Assembly (NCBI GenBank): GCA_015522685.1 | Contig: WALU01000021.1 | Location: forward strand, 1-22,579 | From: Thermoproteota archaeon | GTDB lineage: Archaea; Korarchaeota; Korarchaeia; Korarchaeales; Korarchaeaceae | DNA length: 22,579 bases | Direction: 5' to 3' | In this document: positions 9,026 through 17,932 of the stretch, one piece after another | Layout of the letters: the number at the start of each line of letters is the position of its first letter | How positions within the stretch are numbered: the stretch's first letter is position 1 | Notes under the pieces: model-generated | The model's database searches: none | What the model was told of the DNA's origin: nothing | The model's input: only the letters and a program-made list of their open reading frames with translations | Made by a program: the position numbers and the translations under genes

Positions 9026-9823
9026 GTGGCTGAACTGAGCTGGGTGAAAAGGGTCTTCGTTGAGAGAGCTGATTTATACATAGAGATAATGAATGGAAGC
9101 TGGTCAGAAGGGGAACAGGTCGCCAAATCAATAGCTAAAATCCTAAGAGATAATGGATTGGACTCAGGCCATTTGCTGGATGCCTTCTGTGGGAATGGAA
9201 GGGTTGCCATTCCCTTGGCATTGGAGGGTTATGGGGTTACAGGTTTTGATATATCCCTGCCTTTTATAGAAGATGCTAAGGTTAAAGCCCAGAAGTATAG
9301 AGTCTCAGATAGGACTAAGTTTATTGTCTCCGATGCTAGGATGATAGATCAAGCATTATCAGGTAAGAAATTCGATGCAATCATAATAGTATCCACATCA
9401 CTAGGGTACTATGATGGAGCAACTGATGAGGAAATTCTAAGGAGGTTAAGATCTCTAGCTAGCGATGGAGCGATCCTAATAATAGCTAATACCCTGCATA
9501 GAGAGACTCCGGATTGGAAGTATTGCAACAGAGTATATCAGAGATATGGTTCCTTGGTCCTTATGGAAGAGAGGAAATTCGATCTTCTATGGTCTCGCCT
9601 CCTATCTAAGTGGATAATCCTACGCGATGATGGAGAGGGAAATCTCACCAAAGAGCTGGAGGTGAACACAGAGATGAGAGTTTACACTCCAACTGAGCTG
9701 GCTGAGATCCTAAAAAGAGCAGGATGGGGAGTTGATTCGATATATGGGGATATAAGAAGGATGGAGAAATTCATTCCCCCATGTACTCATTTAAGCTTAG
9801 TTGCCAAGGCCATCCAGACATGA
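9026..9823 (+). CDS. Class I SAM-dependent methyltransferase
   Basis: Motif I LLDAFCGNGR, VTGFDIS, SDAR, FDAII, TSLGY, and a C-terminal MRVYTPTEL typical of this family. Confidence 0.9.
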   Translation: MAELSWVKRVFVERADLYIEIMNGSWSEGEQVAKSIAKILRDNGLDSGHLLDAFCGNGRVAIPLALEGYGVTGFDISLPFIEDAKVKAQKYRVSDRTKFIVSDARMIDQALSGKKFDAIIIVSTSLGYYDGATDEEILRRLRSLASDGAILIIANTLHRETPDWKYCNRVYQRYGSLVLMEERKFDLLWSRLLSKWIILRDDGEGNLTKELEVNTEMRVYTPTELAEILKRAGWGVDSIYGDIRRMEKFIPPCTHLSLVAKAIQT

Positions 9824-10550
9824 GAGCAGATTTTTGAACATTCTTCTCAACAGATCATATGAGTATCCTCTAGCTTAAATCTAGATCTTATCAGAACCCA
9901 TCCCTTCCCTGTAATACCTTTCCTATGAGCAGATAATCTTCTAAAGGAGTGAGGCAATCTTTACCTAGCTAGAAATAGTACTTAACTACCTCATAGATTG
10001 CATCTAATGCCAACTCGTATATGTACTCTCCCCTGATAAACTCCAGCAATCTGCTTCTCTGGAACTAACTTAGCCTAAGCTTACAGATCCCACAGGAGAT
10101 TTAAGAAGATAGCTCGCTACTAGCGGATTTAGCGAGAAGTAGACGCCATGGAGGCTATTGAGTAGCCTTCCCTTGAATTCCTTAAGTACCTCACCGAGCA
10201 ATCTTGTAGTCTTTTCGCTCAAGGGTTTAACTACTAGCATGCTATACTCTCCAGTTACAGGATTTCTCTTTGGGCTTATGTGAACAGGAATGAAATTTAG
10301 CCTCGCCCAGAACTTGAGGAGGTCTATGGAGGTCTATAGTAGCACATAAATTCATTAAAGGTTCTCTATCTCCTCAAGTGGAACTATATCCCTAGCTAAT
10401 TTACCTGTAAGATGGCCTCTCTCCTCTTCTCCTAGATAACCATTCATTAGCTATTTGAGAAGCTAATTTCTAGGGAATCTTACCTGAAATTGCTATTAAT
10501 CTTCTCTCCTCATATGTTAGAGCTTCACTGATTATAGATCCAGTATCCAA
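9797..10550 (-). pseudogene. tmcA: tRNA/RNA cytidine acetyltransferase TmcA/Nat10 pseudogene (large internal deletion, stops, frameshifts)
   Basis: The minus strand reads DLLKFWARLNFIPVHISPKRNPVTGEYSMLVVKPLS...EFKGRLLNSLHGVYFSLNP, then YELALDAIYEVVKYYF* and LLIGKVLQG. These are hallmark archaeal TmcA GNAT/C-terminal motifs. An N-terminal piece (TTG at 10550: DTGSIISEALTYEERRLIAISG) resembles the TmcA start. Confidence 0.8.
10318..10337. repeat. Tandem 10-bp repeat GGAGGTCTAT x2 at the tmcA deletion junction
   Basis: ggaggtctat|ggaggtctat read directly. It lies where the N-terminal remnant meets the C-terminal remnant. Confidence 0.8.
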
Positions 10551-10558
10551 GAGGAGCC

Positions 10559-11407
10559 TTACCTCCCATAGAGCTCCCTTCTCCTTGCCTCTAATAGATT
10601 GTTATTCTTACCTGAAGCCTCCGCTGCTGTTTTAAATTTATTAGATACTGGATAGAGCCTATCCCTAAAGGTAAGCTCCCTGCATAAATGATGATCCATA
10701 ACCAAAAGTTCTAGAGAGGCGAGATCCAGTAACTTACCTATATTATTTATGGATCTCTTTAAGCTATCCATAGAATAACGAAAGCCCAGCATATAGGTCA
10801 TTGGGCCATCTATGATCGCAATATGAGGATCAGTTTTTATAATGAAATTTACCTGCTCATCTAGAGCGGGGCCCTCTACATCAGAGGAAAAGAGTAATCT
10901 TTCTCCCTCGCTTTCTATTAGAACCTCGATTACGTAACCCAGCTTAGTGTTCGTGCCATGAGGTACTGCCTTGGAGAACCTTATGGTTGTAGAGCCGTAC
11001 TCAAATTTTCTCCCATCGGCAAACTCTAACCTCCTCGGCAAGCCTCTAATGCTCTTCAGAAATAGTGGAGCTCTTTCTACTCTCTGGCTCCTGTTTATAT
11101 TTTCTCTCGGGTGCTTTAACAGGATATCCTTCCCATCATAGATAGAGAGCGAAATCTTCCTACCTAGATCGAAGTGATCATAATGATAGTGAGTTATTAT
11201 TATAACATCAGAGTCCATAGCTTCCTTTTCTATCTCTTTAGTAAGCTCCTTCATTCTCTCCACTTCTTTCTCATGAGGAGGGAGGCCGTACCTCCTTGGC
11301 GCTAAGGCTATGCCCGGATCTATAAATATCCTCAGATTGTTTGTCTCTACGGCTGTAGCCATAGATCTAACTCCGAGGCTATCGAATGCTATCAGTCTAA
11401 AGTTCAT
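10559..11407 (-). CDS. Metallo-beta-lactamase-fold hydrolase (archaeal UPF0282-like)
   Basis: DSLGVRSMAT, IDPGIALAPRRYGLPPH, THYHYDH, VPHG, SDVEGP, DHHLCR, LLEARRRELY. Start placed at the ATG at 11407 (GGAGGGA upstream, just after the pyrD stop). Confidence 0.9.
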   Translation of the reverse strand: MNFRLIAFDSLGVRSMATAVETNNLRIFIDPGIALAPRRYGLPPHEKEVERMKELTKEIEKEAMDSDVIIITHYHYDHFDLGRKISLSIYDGKDILLKHPRENINRSQRVERAPLFLKSIRGLPRRLEFADGRKFEYGSTTIRFSKAVPHGTNTKLGYVIEVLIESEGERLLFSSDVEGPALDEQVNFIIKTDPHIAIIDGPMTYMLGFRYSMDSLKRSINNIGKLLDLASLELLVMDHHLCRELTFRDRLYPVSNKFKTAAEASGKNNNLLEARRRELYGR

Positions 11408-11411
11408 TTTA

Positions 11412-12317
11412 TTAATCCCTCCCTCTCCCAATAAGCTCTCTAACAGATAGATTCTTCCTTTTCAGATAATGAGATAATCCATCTGATATTTCTCTAAATA
11501 CCTCAAGCCCCTTCGTCATGATAGCTGTGCCTATCCCAACAGCCTTTGCCCCTGCAAGTAGCATCTCTGCAGCATCTCTCCAATTTTTTACCCCTCCAGT
11601 GCCTATAACATCGGAAATGGGAGCCAATTCGTAGATGCTTCTCACAGCAACGGGTCTTATCGCCGGTCCACTCAATCCTCCCACTTTATTGGAGAGAACT
11701 GGAGCCATGGCCTCAACATCTATGTACATGGCCTTAAGAGTATTTATGGCCGTAAGACCATCTGCTCCAGATCTTACAGAAGCTTCGCCCAGAGATCTTA
11801 TATTGGGCGTCATAGGAGTTAGTTTTACCAAAAGAGGGATTTTAATTGATCCTCTGACAATATTCACAAGCTCCCTGAGAGAACTTGGGGTACTGCCTAT
11901 CTCCAAGCCATGACCTTTAACATGAGGGCATGAAGCATTTATCTCTATGGCATCAGCTCCAGCATCCTGAAGCCTTCCAGCGACATGAGATACTTCTTCA
12001 GGCGTTCCTCCACCAGCGCTACCTATTATGGGTATGGTCATCTCAGACCTAGCTTCAGCTAATTCTCTCTCAAATTCCTTGATGCCTGGATTTGGAAGCC
12101 CCATAGCATTTATCAGGCCAAAGGGTAGCTCTACGACAACTGGGTTCTCATATCCCTTAGTTGGCTCAGGAAGAATTGTCTTGGTAGTTACAGCTCCAGC
12201 GCCTGATAGTTCTACCCTCTTAAGCAAGGAAGAGCTATTTCCTAGGATACCAGATGCTAATATAAGAGGATTCCTCAATTTAAGACCTGCCACTTCTGTC
12301 TCTAGCAGTGTCCCCAT
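11412..12317 (-). CDS. pyrD: Dihydroorotate dehydrogenase, family 1 (1B-like catalytic subunit)
   Basis: LRNPLILASG, TTKT, NAMGLPNPG, catalytic EINASCPH, VKLTP, INTL, GGLSGPAIRP, GTGGV, GA.AVGIGT. Confidence 0.95.
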   Translation of the reverse strand: MGTLLETEVAGLKLRNPLILASGILGNSSSLLKRVELSGAGAVTTKTILPEPTKGYENPVVVELPFGLINAMGLPNPGIKEFERELAEARSEMTIPIIGSAGGGTPEEVSHVAGRLQDAGADAIEINASCPHVKGHGLEIGSTPSSLRELVNIVRGSIKIPLLVKLTPMTPNIRSLGEASVRSGADGLTAINTLKAMYIDVEAMAPVLSNKVGGLSGPAIRPVAVRSIYELAPISDVIGTGGVKNWRDAAEMLLAGAKAVGIGTAIMTKGLEVFREISDGLSHYLKRKNLSVRELIGRGRD

Positions 12318-12792
12318 TCTCCTTCACCTTCTCAACCTTGAATAGAAGAGAGAACTTTTTAGTTGTTCTGTAAATTTTCATCCTACCTTTCCTGCTTTCT
12401 CTCACTAGCCCTAATCTTATTAGCCTCCTGATGTGCTGCCTAGCAGAGTTACCTCTAACTCTTACTATATCAGAAATAGTTATCGGTTCATTGGCAGTGA
12501 TTAATGCTAGGGTCCTCACCTCCGATTTTGATAATATCTTCTGGGGAAAGAGATGGGCCACTTTCTCCTCGAACTCCCTCTTTAGTACCATGATCCATCC
12601 ATCTTCAACCCTTTCCACGTAAAAGGGGTGGGATGACAGGGATTCATTTATCTCAGAAACGGCCTTCTCTATCGCTGGACCAGTAAGTCTAGTGATTCTT
12701 CCTATATCCGATTCGCTGACTATACCACCAGATGCGAATAAAGCAGCTTCAAGTAAGTTCCTCGCTCTCTCCCATGATTCAGGAGCTTCCAT
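12280..12792 (-). CDS. scpB: SMC-Scp complex subunit ScpB
   Basis: LEAALFASG, LSKSEVRTLALITANEPIT.SDIV.VRG, L..LGLV, YRTTKKF (tandem wHTH, ScpB signature). Adjacent to scpA and smc. Confidence 0.92.
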   Translation of the reverse strand: MEAPESWERARNLLEAALFASGGIVSESDIGRITRLTGPAIEKAVSEINESLSSHPFYVERVEDGWIMVLKREFEEKVAHLFPQKILSKSEVRTLALITANEPITISDIVRVRGNSARQHIRRLIRLGLVRESRKGRMKIYRTTKKFSLLFKVEKVKENGDTARDRSGRS

Positions 12793-13306
12793 TTTTTAGC
12801 ACCACATAGATATCATCAAATGGCCTATCTTGGAGAAGTTCCACTTCTCCATCCCTCTCCATAAATAAAAGGGAGATTAAGGCAGGAATGAGCTCCTCCC
12901 CCGATTTGACTAGCTCATAAAGGGAAATTGCCTTCCTCCCTTTACCTCTAAACGAGAGGATTCTCCTCTTAATTCTCTCAATTTCCTTGGTTAAATCCCA
13001 TTTTGTTATTGCGGATATGCTTGTGACTCTTGCTGCTTTGCTTAGTCTATTTTTAACCCACTTAAGGGCAACCACAAACTCAGATCTTATAGGATATCTC
13101 CTCGGTACCCTCCATCTCTTAGCCTCTACCACGACATTTTTTCTTAAATTTCTCGGGCTATATAATTTTTTATCTTCTTTCTGCCTAAACGATAAGTACT
13201 CTACTATATCAAATCTTAGGTCCCTAGCTAGGGAGAGTATTCTCCTCCCAGCCTTTGCTATGTCTCTATCTCTAATGAATTCCGTCCATATATCTTTTGT
13301 GTTCAT
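12779..13306 (-). CDS. scpA: Kleisin ScpA (short, divergent)
   Basis: C-terminal ALISLLFMERDGEVELLQDRPFDDIYV matches the ScpA C-terminal wHD motif. Lies between smc and scpB, with an ATGA overlap with smc. Confidence 0.8.
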   Translation of the reverse strand: MNTKDIWTEFIRDRDIAKAGRRILSLARDLRFDIVEYLSFRQKEDKKLYSPRNLRKNVVVEAKRWRVPRRYPIRSEFVVALKWVKNRLSKAARVTSISAITKWDLTKEIERIKRRILSFRGKGRKAISLYELVKSGEELIPALISLLFMERDGEVELLQDRPFDDIYVVLKNGSS

Positions 13307-15609
13307 GAAGCTGCCTCCCTAGATATAGCAATAATCTTCGACTGACCATCTTTCATCGTAACGCCTACCAGGTGATCTGCTTCCTCAAGAGTCTCTTTCT
13401 TCAGTGATATTACGATAACTTGAGCTTCCTTAGAGAGTTCCTTTAGGGCTCTGGTGTACATCTTACAATTAACTCCGTCAAGCATGGAATCTGCTTCATC
13501 GAATACGTACAGGGGAGATGGCCTAAGCTTTTGAGCTGCTAAAATGAAAGCTATAGCGCTCAAGGATTTTTCTCCGCCTGAGAGGGAATCTATGGAAACA
13601 GGCTTTTTCTCAGGGAGTTTTACTCTCATCTCCAATCCTTTATCTGTAAGCTCTAAACTACCACTCCCTCCCTCAAATATTATCTTTATCTCTTGATTAA
13701 AAGCTTCTGAGAGTTTTCTTAGGGTCTCAGCTACTATACTCTCCCTCTTCTTATCTATCTTCCTTATCAGTTCTACTATCTCATTATCTCTTCTAGAAAA
13801 CTTCTCATATTTCATCTTGGCATTTTCATATTCTTCTCTCCTTATCTCATATTCTTCCTCAGCTCTGGGATTAGTAGGACCTATTATGCGAAGCTTTGTC
13901 TGGATGGATGCTATCTCTCCTAGAGGATCTACAACTGGTAATGGATCGATATTATCCATTCTCTTAAGCTCTGATTCCAGCGATTTCACCTTCTCCTCTA
14001 GCATTCCCTTTTTCTCACCAATCTCCTCCATTTTAGCTAGATATTGCCTCCTCTTGGATAGAGAATCTCCATACCTCTTTCTTAAATGAGAAACAGTTTC
14101 TCTAAGGGCTTTTAATCTATCTAGATTAGGATCTTCTACTGACAAGCTTGATATTTCCCTTTTCTTCCTATCCACCTCATCTAGCAAATTTTTAAGCTCC
14201 TCTTCTAGTGAAAATAAGCCTTTCCTAATCTCATTTATCCTCTCTATATTCCTCTCAGGTTTTCCCGCTAAAAGACTTCCTTCCCTTTCGAATATCTCTC
14301 CTCCCATCGTAACGAACTTAGCCTTACCAACTAGGTCCTTCCCAACATTGTCCAAATCATTCATCAATATTGCATTAAATATGAGCCTAGCTAATGACTC
14401 AAACCTCTCATTATATTCCAGGAACTTGTAAAGAGGGCCTAATGATCCTGCAATACTGGGAGGACCTCTCGGCCTTATTACATCCATAGGTATTATCCTA
14501 AATCTCCCCTTATACTTCCTTAGCTTCCTAGCTATTCTCTTCGCTCCTTCTAAATCTTCCACTACTATATCGTTTAGTCTACTTCCCCCAACTGCAAGGT
14601 ATGGGATCTCATATCCATCTAGAGGCGTAATCAATTGCGAAACTATGCCAAGAAATGAGGGATCCTCCTCAACAATCTTAGGTATAGTTTTCTCCCTCAT
14701 TAGTACGCTTAAACCCTCCTTTTTTGTATTTATAGCTTCTTCTAATACTCTTTTCTGTCTCTTAAGCGATGAGATATTTGCTTCTAACTGCCTCCTTCTC
14801 CTTGCAGGAGATTCTCTAACAAGATCTTCTAGATTTCTTAGCTCAGCCTCTTTTAGCTCAAGCTCTTTTCTCTGGGACTCTATATCATCGAAATTTCCCT
14901 TAATTTCCAAACTTTCAATGTAACCAAGCTGACTTCGGGTTTCCTCAAGCTGATTCAGTAGTAGATACTTCTTTATCTCCCTTAATTTTGTTTCCATTTT
15001 TTTTCTTTTCTCTAGGGTCTTTATCTCGCTTAAAACCTTATTTAGTTCCCTTTCTCTCTCCCTCAATATTATCCTCATTTCTCTTAGGGATTGATCTACT
15101 TTAGAAAGCTCTTCTAATGCCTCAGCTTTCTTATCATCATATTCGGCTACCCCGCTGATCTCCTCTAATAAATGAGTTCTATCTTTCGGGGACATTTCTA
15201 CTATACTTGTTATATCTCCCTGAGTTACGAATGCATACCTATCCGTAATGAAACCTAGCTCGGAGAGAAGGTCAAAAGCATCAGAAGCACTAGATCTTCC
15301 TCCATTAATCCTGTAAACACTCTCTCCATTAGGCCTAACTTCTCTAGCAAGCTTAAACTTCTCTGGAGAGTTATTTATAGTTAGAATTACGCATCCAGAC
15401 TGTGATCCTTTCCTAACTAAGTGCTCTATTCTAGGAGCCCTAAGTCTCTTGGCCCTCCATCCCATGACAAAGGCTATGGCATCAAGTATGTTACTCTTCC
15501 CAGAGCCATTAGGCCCAGTAATGGCAATTAGACCTGGAGGAAGAGGTATTAATGCTCTCCTAAATGATTTGAAGTTTATCATTTGGATGCTATCAATGGT
15601 TGCTTTCAT
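13303..15609 (-). CDS. smc: Chromosome segregation ATPase SMC (short-armed, 768 aa)
   Basis: NFKSF, Walker A GPNGSGKSN, Q-loop VTQG, hinge (about aa 321-449: GIVSQLI...GGSRLNDIVVED...IIPMD...VTMGGEIFEREGSLLAG), GPTNPRAEEEY, signature LSGGEKS, Walker B/D-loop VFDEADSMLD. Confidence 0.93.
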   Translation of the reverse strand: MKATIDSIQMINFKSFRRALIPLPPGLIAITGPNGSGKSNILDAIAFVMGWRAKRLRAPRIEHLVRKGSQSGCVILTINNSPEKFKLAREVRPNGESVYRINGGRSSASDAFDLLSELGFITDRYAFVTQGDITSIVEMSPKDRTHLLEEISGVAEYDDKKAEALEELSKVDQSLREMRIILRERERELNKVLSEIKTLEKRKKMETKLREIKKYLLLNQLEETRSQLGYIESLEIKGNFDDIESQRKELELKEAELRNLEDLVRESPARRRRQLEANISSLKRQKRVLEEAINTKKEGLSVLMREKTIPKIVEEDPSFLGIVSQLITPLDGYEIPYLAVGGSRLNDIVVEDLEGAKRIARKLRKYKGRFRIIPMDVIRPRGPPSIAGSLGPLYKFLEYNERFESLARLIFNAILMNDLDNVGKDLVGKAKFVTMGGEIFEREGSLLAGKPERNIERINEIRKGLFSLEEELKNLLDEVDRKKREISSLSVEDPNLDRLKALRETVSHLRKRYGDSLSKRRQYLAKMEEIGEKKGMLEEKVKSLESELKRMDNIDPLPVVDPLGEIASIQTKLRIIGPTNPRAEEEYEIRREEYENAKMKYEKFSRRDNEIVELIRKIDKKRESIVAETLRKLSEAFNQEIKIIFEGGSGSLELTDKGLEMRVKLPEKKPVSIDSLSGGEKSLSAIAFILAAQKLRPSPLYVFDEADSMLDGVNCKMYTRALKELSKEAQVIVISLKKETLEEADHLVGVTMKDGQSKIIAISREAAS

Positions 15610-15632
15610 TCATAAGGGTCAGAGATGTTAGG

Positions 15633-15647
15633 AATTTAACTTTTACT
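15633..15647 (-). promoter_or_regulatory. BRE/TATA-like promoter for smc (AGTAAAAG-TTAAATT)
   Basis: Purine-rich run followed by TTAAATT 24-30 nt upstream of the smc ATG, with no SD. This is the geometry of a leaderless archaeal transcript. Confidence 0.5.
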
Positions 15648-15651
15648 GGAG

Positions 15652-16593
15652 TTAAGGAGTGAAGAAATAGGCTATAGAAAAGGAGAATAGGTATATGATG
15701 CTGGACTCAAGAGCAAAACCTATAGGCTTTGATGATAAAGTTACAGATACAAGCCCTGATATTAAGAGCAGTATGGGGAGGTTGGGAGTATTACCAACAA
15801 ATCCTAATAATGGGGAGGACATGACTCTCGCGAGCAATACGTTGGATATGCCTATGGCGGAGGATATAACTAGAGTCATGGCCTTTAAGGATCTTACTCT
15901 AGCTTTCCAAGCGCCCGTGATGCGCCTGAACTCCTTCAGCATATTTGAAGTCCTCCTCATGACCGAAGCTAGCATTCTCCTATCTGAAATCTCCTTCATT
16001 ATCCCTGCCCATTCGGGTAACTGGAAATCGCGCAGGAAATCATCAACAACTAACCTCTCATAAAAACCCAAGCCCTTCAGGGCATAGATCCTTCCACTTC
16101 CCTTCTCTAAATATGAAGCCACCAAGTCGGCTGCTGACGGATCTCCCTCAGGGATTCTTGTATTGAGACCAGGAATTATGGGGTAGATTAAAAGAAGCAT
16201 GAGGAGATGATAAAACTTGAGGCATATCCTTCCTAAAGTAATTGCTAGAGATATACCGACAGATATGGACATACCAAGAGTTAGAATAAGATATATCCAT
16301 CTCTCCCTGGAGACAACATCTGCTTCCAGTAACTGTGATATGAGAGATAGAGAGGAACTGAGGGAGGCTTTAGGATCTCCTCCCTCTAGTATACTTGAGA
16401 GAATCTTCCCTATGTCGCCTAATTCCCTCCTACTCAAGGAGTCTCTAGCTCTTTCCCCCTCGACAGCCACTTCCTCATATGCGGATACCATCCTGAGTCC
16501 CAGGGCGGGCGATGAAGCCCACCCTAGCACTAACTTCTGAGCCATATTAGCCTTGGTAAGGTAGTCCTGCGACCCTCTTAGAAACTTCCTCAT
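15652..16593 (-). CDS. TadC/type II secretion F-like polytopic membrane platform protein (divergent)
   Basis: Two halves, each a helical soluble segment followed by 2-3 hydrophobic helices. Directly downstream of a secretion ATPase. The start may instead be the ATG at 16545 (MAQKLVLG). Confidence 0.6.
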   Translation of the reverse strand: MRKFLRGSQDYLTKANMAQKLVLGWASSPALGLRMVSAYEEVAVEGERARDSLSRRELGDIGKILSSILEGGDPKASLSSSLSLISQLLEADVVSRERWIYLILTLGMSISVGISLAITLGRICLKFYHLLMLLLIYPIIPGLNTRIPEGDPSAADLVASYLEKGSGRIYALKGLGFYERLVVDDFLRDFQLPEWAGIMKEISDRRMLASVMRRTSNMLKEFRRITGAWKARVRSLKAMTLVISSAIGISNVLLARVMSSPLLGFVGNTPNLPILLLISGLVSVTLSSKPIGFALESSIIYLFSFSIAYFFTP

Positions 16594-17932
16594 TGGTCTC
16601 GGCTCCCTCTAGCTCTTTGACATAGTTTAACCATCTTATAGATGGAGAAGGAGGATCATACCAGGATCCATCTACCCAGTATCTTATCTCTATCACCTTT
16701 CTATAATCCATTCTAATGACTAGCGTCTTATCTGGTAATGTTAGACCCCAAGAAGACCACTTCAGCAATAAACCACTGAAGTCTTTGGCATGCGTTGTGG
16801 CCAATACCCTTAAACCGCTGAAAGAAGTCAAATCAAGGGCTTCGGCATGCTCTCTCCCTAAAATCTCACCTAAAAAGACTAAATCAGGATTCCTATGCAA
16901 AAGAAACCTGACGAAATCTGATTTGCTCGAGGTAACTTCGTATGGTGTATGATGCATCCCATATCTTGTTAGATCCTCTATCTCTCTAACTTCCTCCACG
17001 CTCACTATCCTTAAATGCCTAGGTAAGCTAGCTAAAATAGAATTGGAGAGAGTAGTCTTACCAACTCCTGTTTTACCGAAGATAAGCACTGGATCGCTGC
17101 CATTTAGCCTATCTAGAATTGTTGCAGCTTCATATATACCTATCGTCTCTAGGGAAATGAGCCTAGGGAGACTTAGCTTGGACATTGAGCTTAAATTTCT
17201 GATATCTGCCGCTCCAAGAGAGGCTGGAGGCATATCTAACGCCATTCTGAAGTGGAAGTAGCCTAGGTCTAAATCTATCTCTGAGAGGGGAGATTTTATA
17301 TCTAATCCGGCGTTTACATCGGCTTCTATCAGGGTGATTAATTTCTCTAAATCGATCTCATCAAGTGAGTAATTTCTCACGACGAACCTACCATACTCAA
17401 TATGATCTAGATAGAGAGGGCCAAGGAAATGCACATATCCCTCAGTAATGTCATTAGAGGTCATTATAGCGAGAAGAGGCCATATCTTGGTAGATCTTAC
17501 GGCAGCTTCTTCTGCAAGGTTGTACTCATCCCCCAATCCAAGCTCCTCCAAGATATTTAAGGCCTTCTCAATCCTTAGCTGAATTGCTTTCCAGAGAAGG
17601 TCTCCCTGCGAGCTATAATCCATAGGATATACTCCCTTGAGTCTAATAGACAACAAAATGGAGGCCACTTGCCTTCCTTTAGTTAAAGAATTTGGGAAAG
17701 CCTTGGCATTCCTCCCCTCGATCCCCATAAATCCCCCAAGGAACTCTAAATCTCTTGGAATGTTGACGCGATTCGCTTCAAGCAGCTTGCACTTTCTCCC
17801 AAATAGAGTAGCCTTAAGTCTTCCTATTTTAATACCAAAGGCCAGTTTTAACGCATCATTTTTGCATTTAATTAAGAGATCTGACGCTATTCTCTCTGCC
17901 TCTTCCTCTCCAATCCCTATGAGCATATTCAC
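16547..17932 (-). CDS. Type II/IV secretion-type ATPase (VirB11/TadA/CpaF family)
   Basis: Walker A GKTGVGKTT, Asp box SVEEVREI, Walker B RNPDLVFLGE, His box LATTHA. GTG start with GGAGG SD. Confidence 0.88.
   Translation of the reverse strand: MNMLIGIGEEEAERIASDLLIKCKNDALKLAFGIKIGRLKATLFGRKCKLLEANRVNIPRDLEFLGGFMGIEGRNAKAFPNSLTKGRQVASILLSIRLKGVYPMDYSSQGDLLWKAIQLRIEKALNILEELGLGDEYNLAEEAAVRSTKIWPLLAIMTSNDITEGYVHFLGPLYLDHIEYGRFVVRNYSLDEIDLEKLITLIEADVNAGLDIKSPLSEIDLDLGYFHFRMALDMPPASLGAADIRNLSSMSKLSLPRLISLETIGIYEAATILDRLNGSDPVLIFGKTGVGKTTLSNSILASLPRHLRIVSVEEVREIEDLTRYGMHHTPYEVTSSKSDFVRFLLHRNPDLVFLGEILGREHAEALDLTSFSGLRVLATTHAKDFSGLLLKWSSWGLTLPDKTLVIRMDYRKVIEIRYWVDGSWYDPPSPSIRWLNYVKELEGAETNEEVSKRVAGLPYQG

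Noticed and set aside
11408-11431. Longer start for the MBL hydrolase (MGEGGINK)
   Set aside because: It overlaps the pyrD end, and the GGAGGGA within it is better read as the SD for the ATG at 11407.
10559-15609. Idea that smc-scpAB plus the MBL hydrolase is a Wadjet/MksBEFG-like plasmid-defence system
   Set aside because: The SMC has a canonical Smc-type hinge and head with ScpA/ScpB, there is no JetD/MksG TOPRIM gene, and pyrD intervenes. A housekeeping context is more parsimonious.
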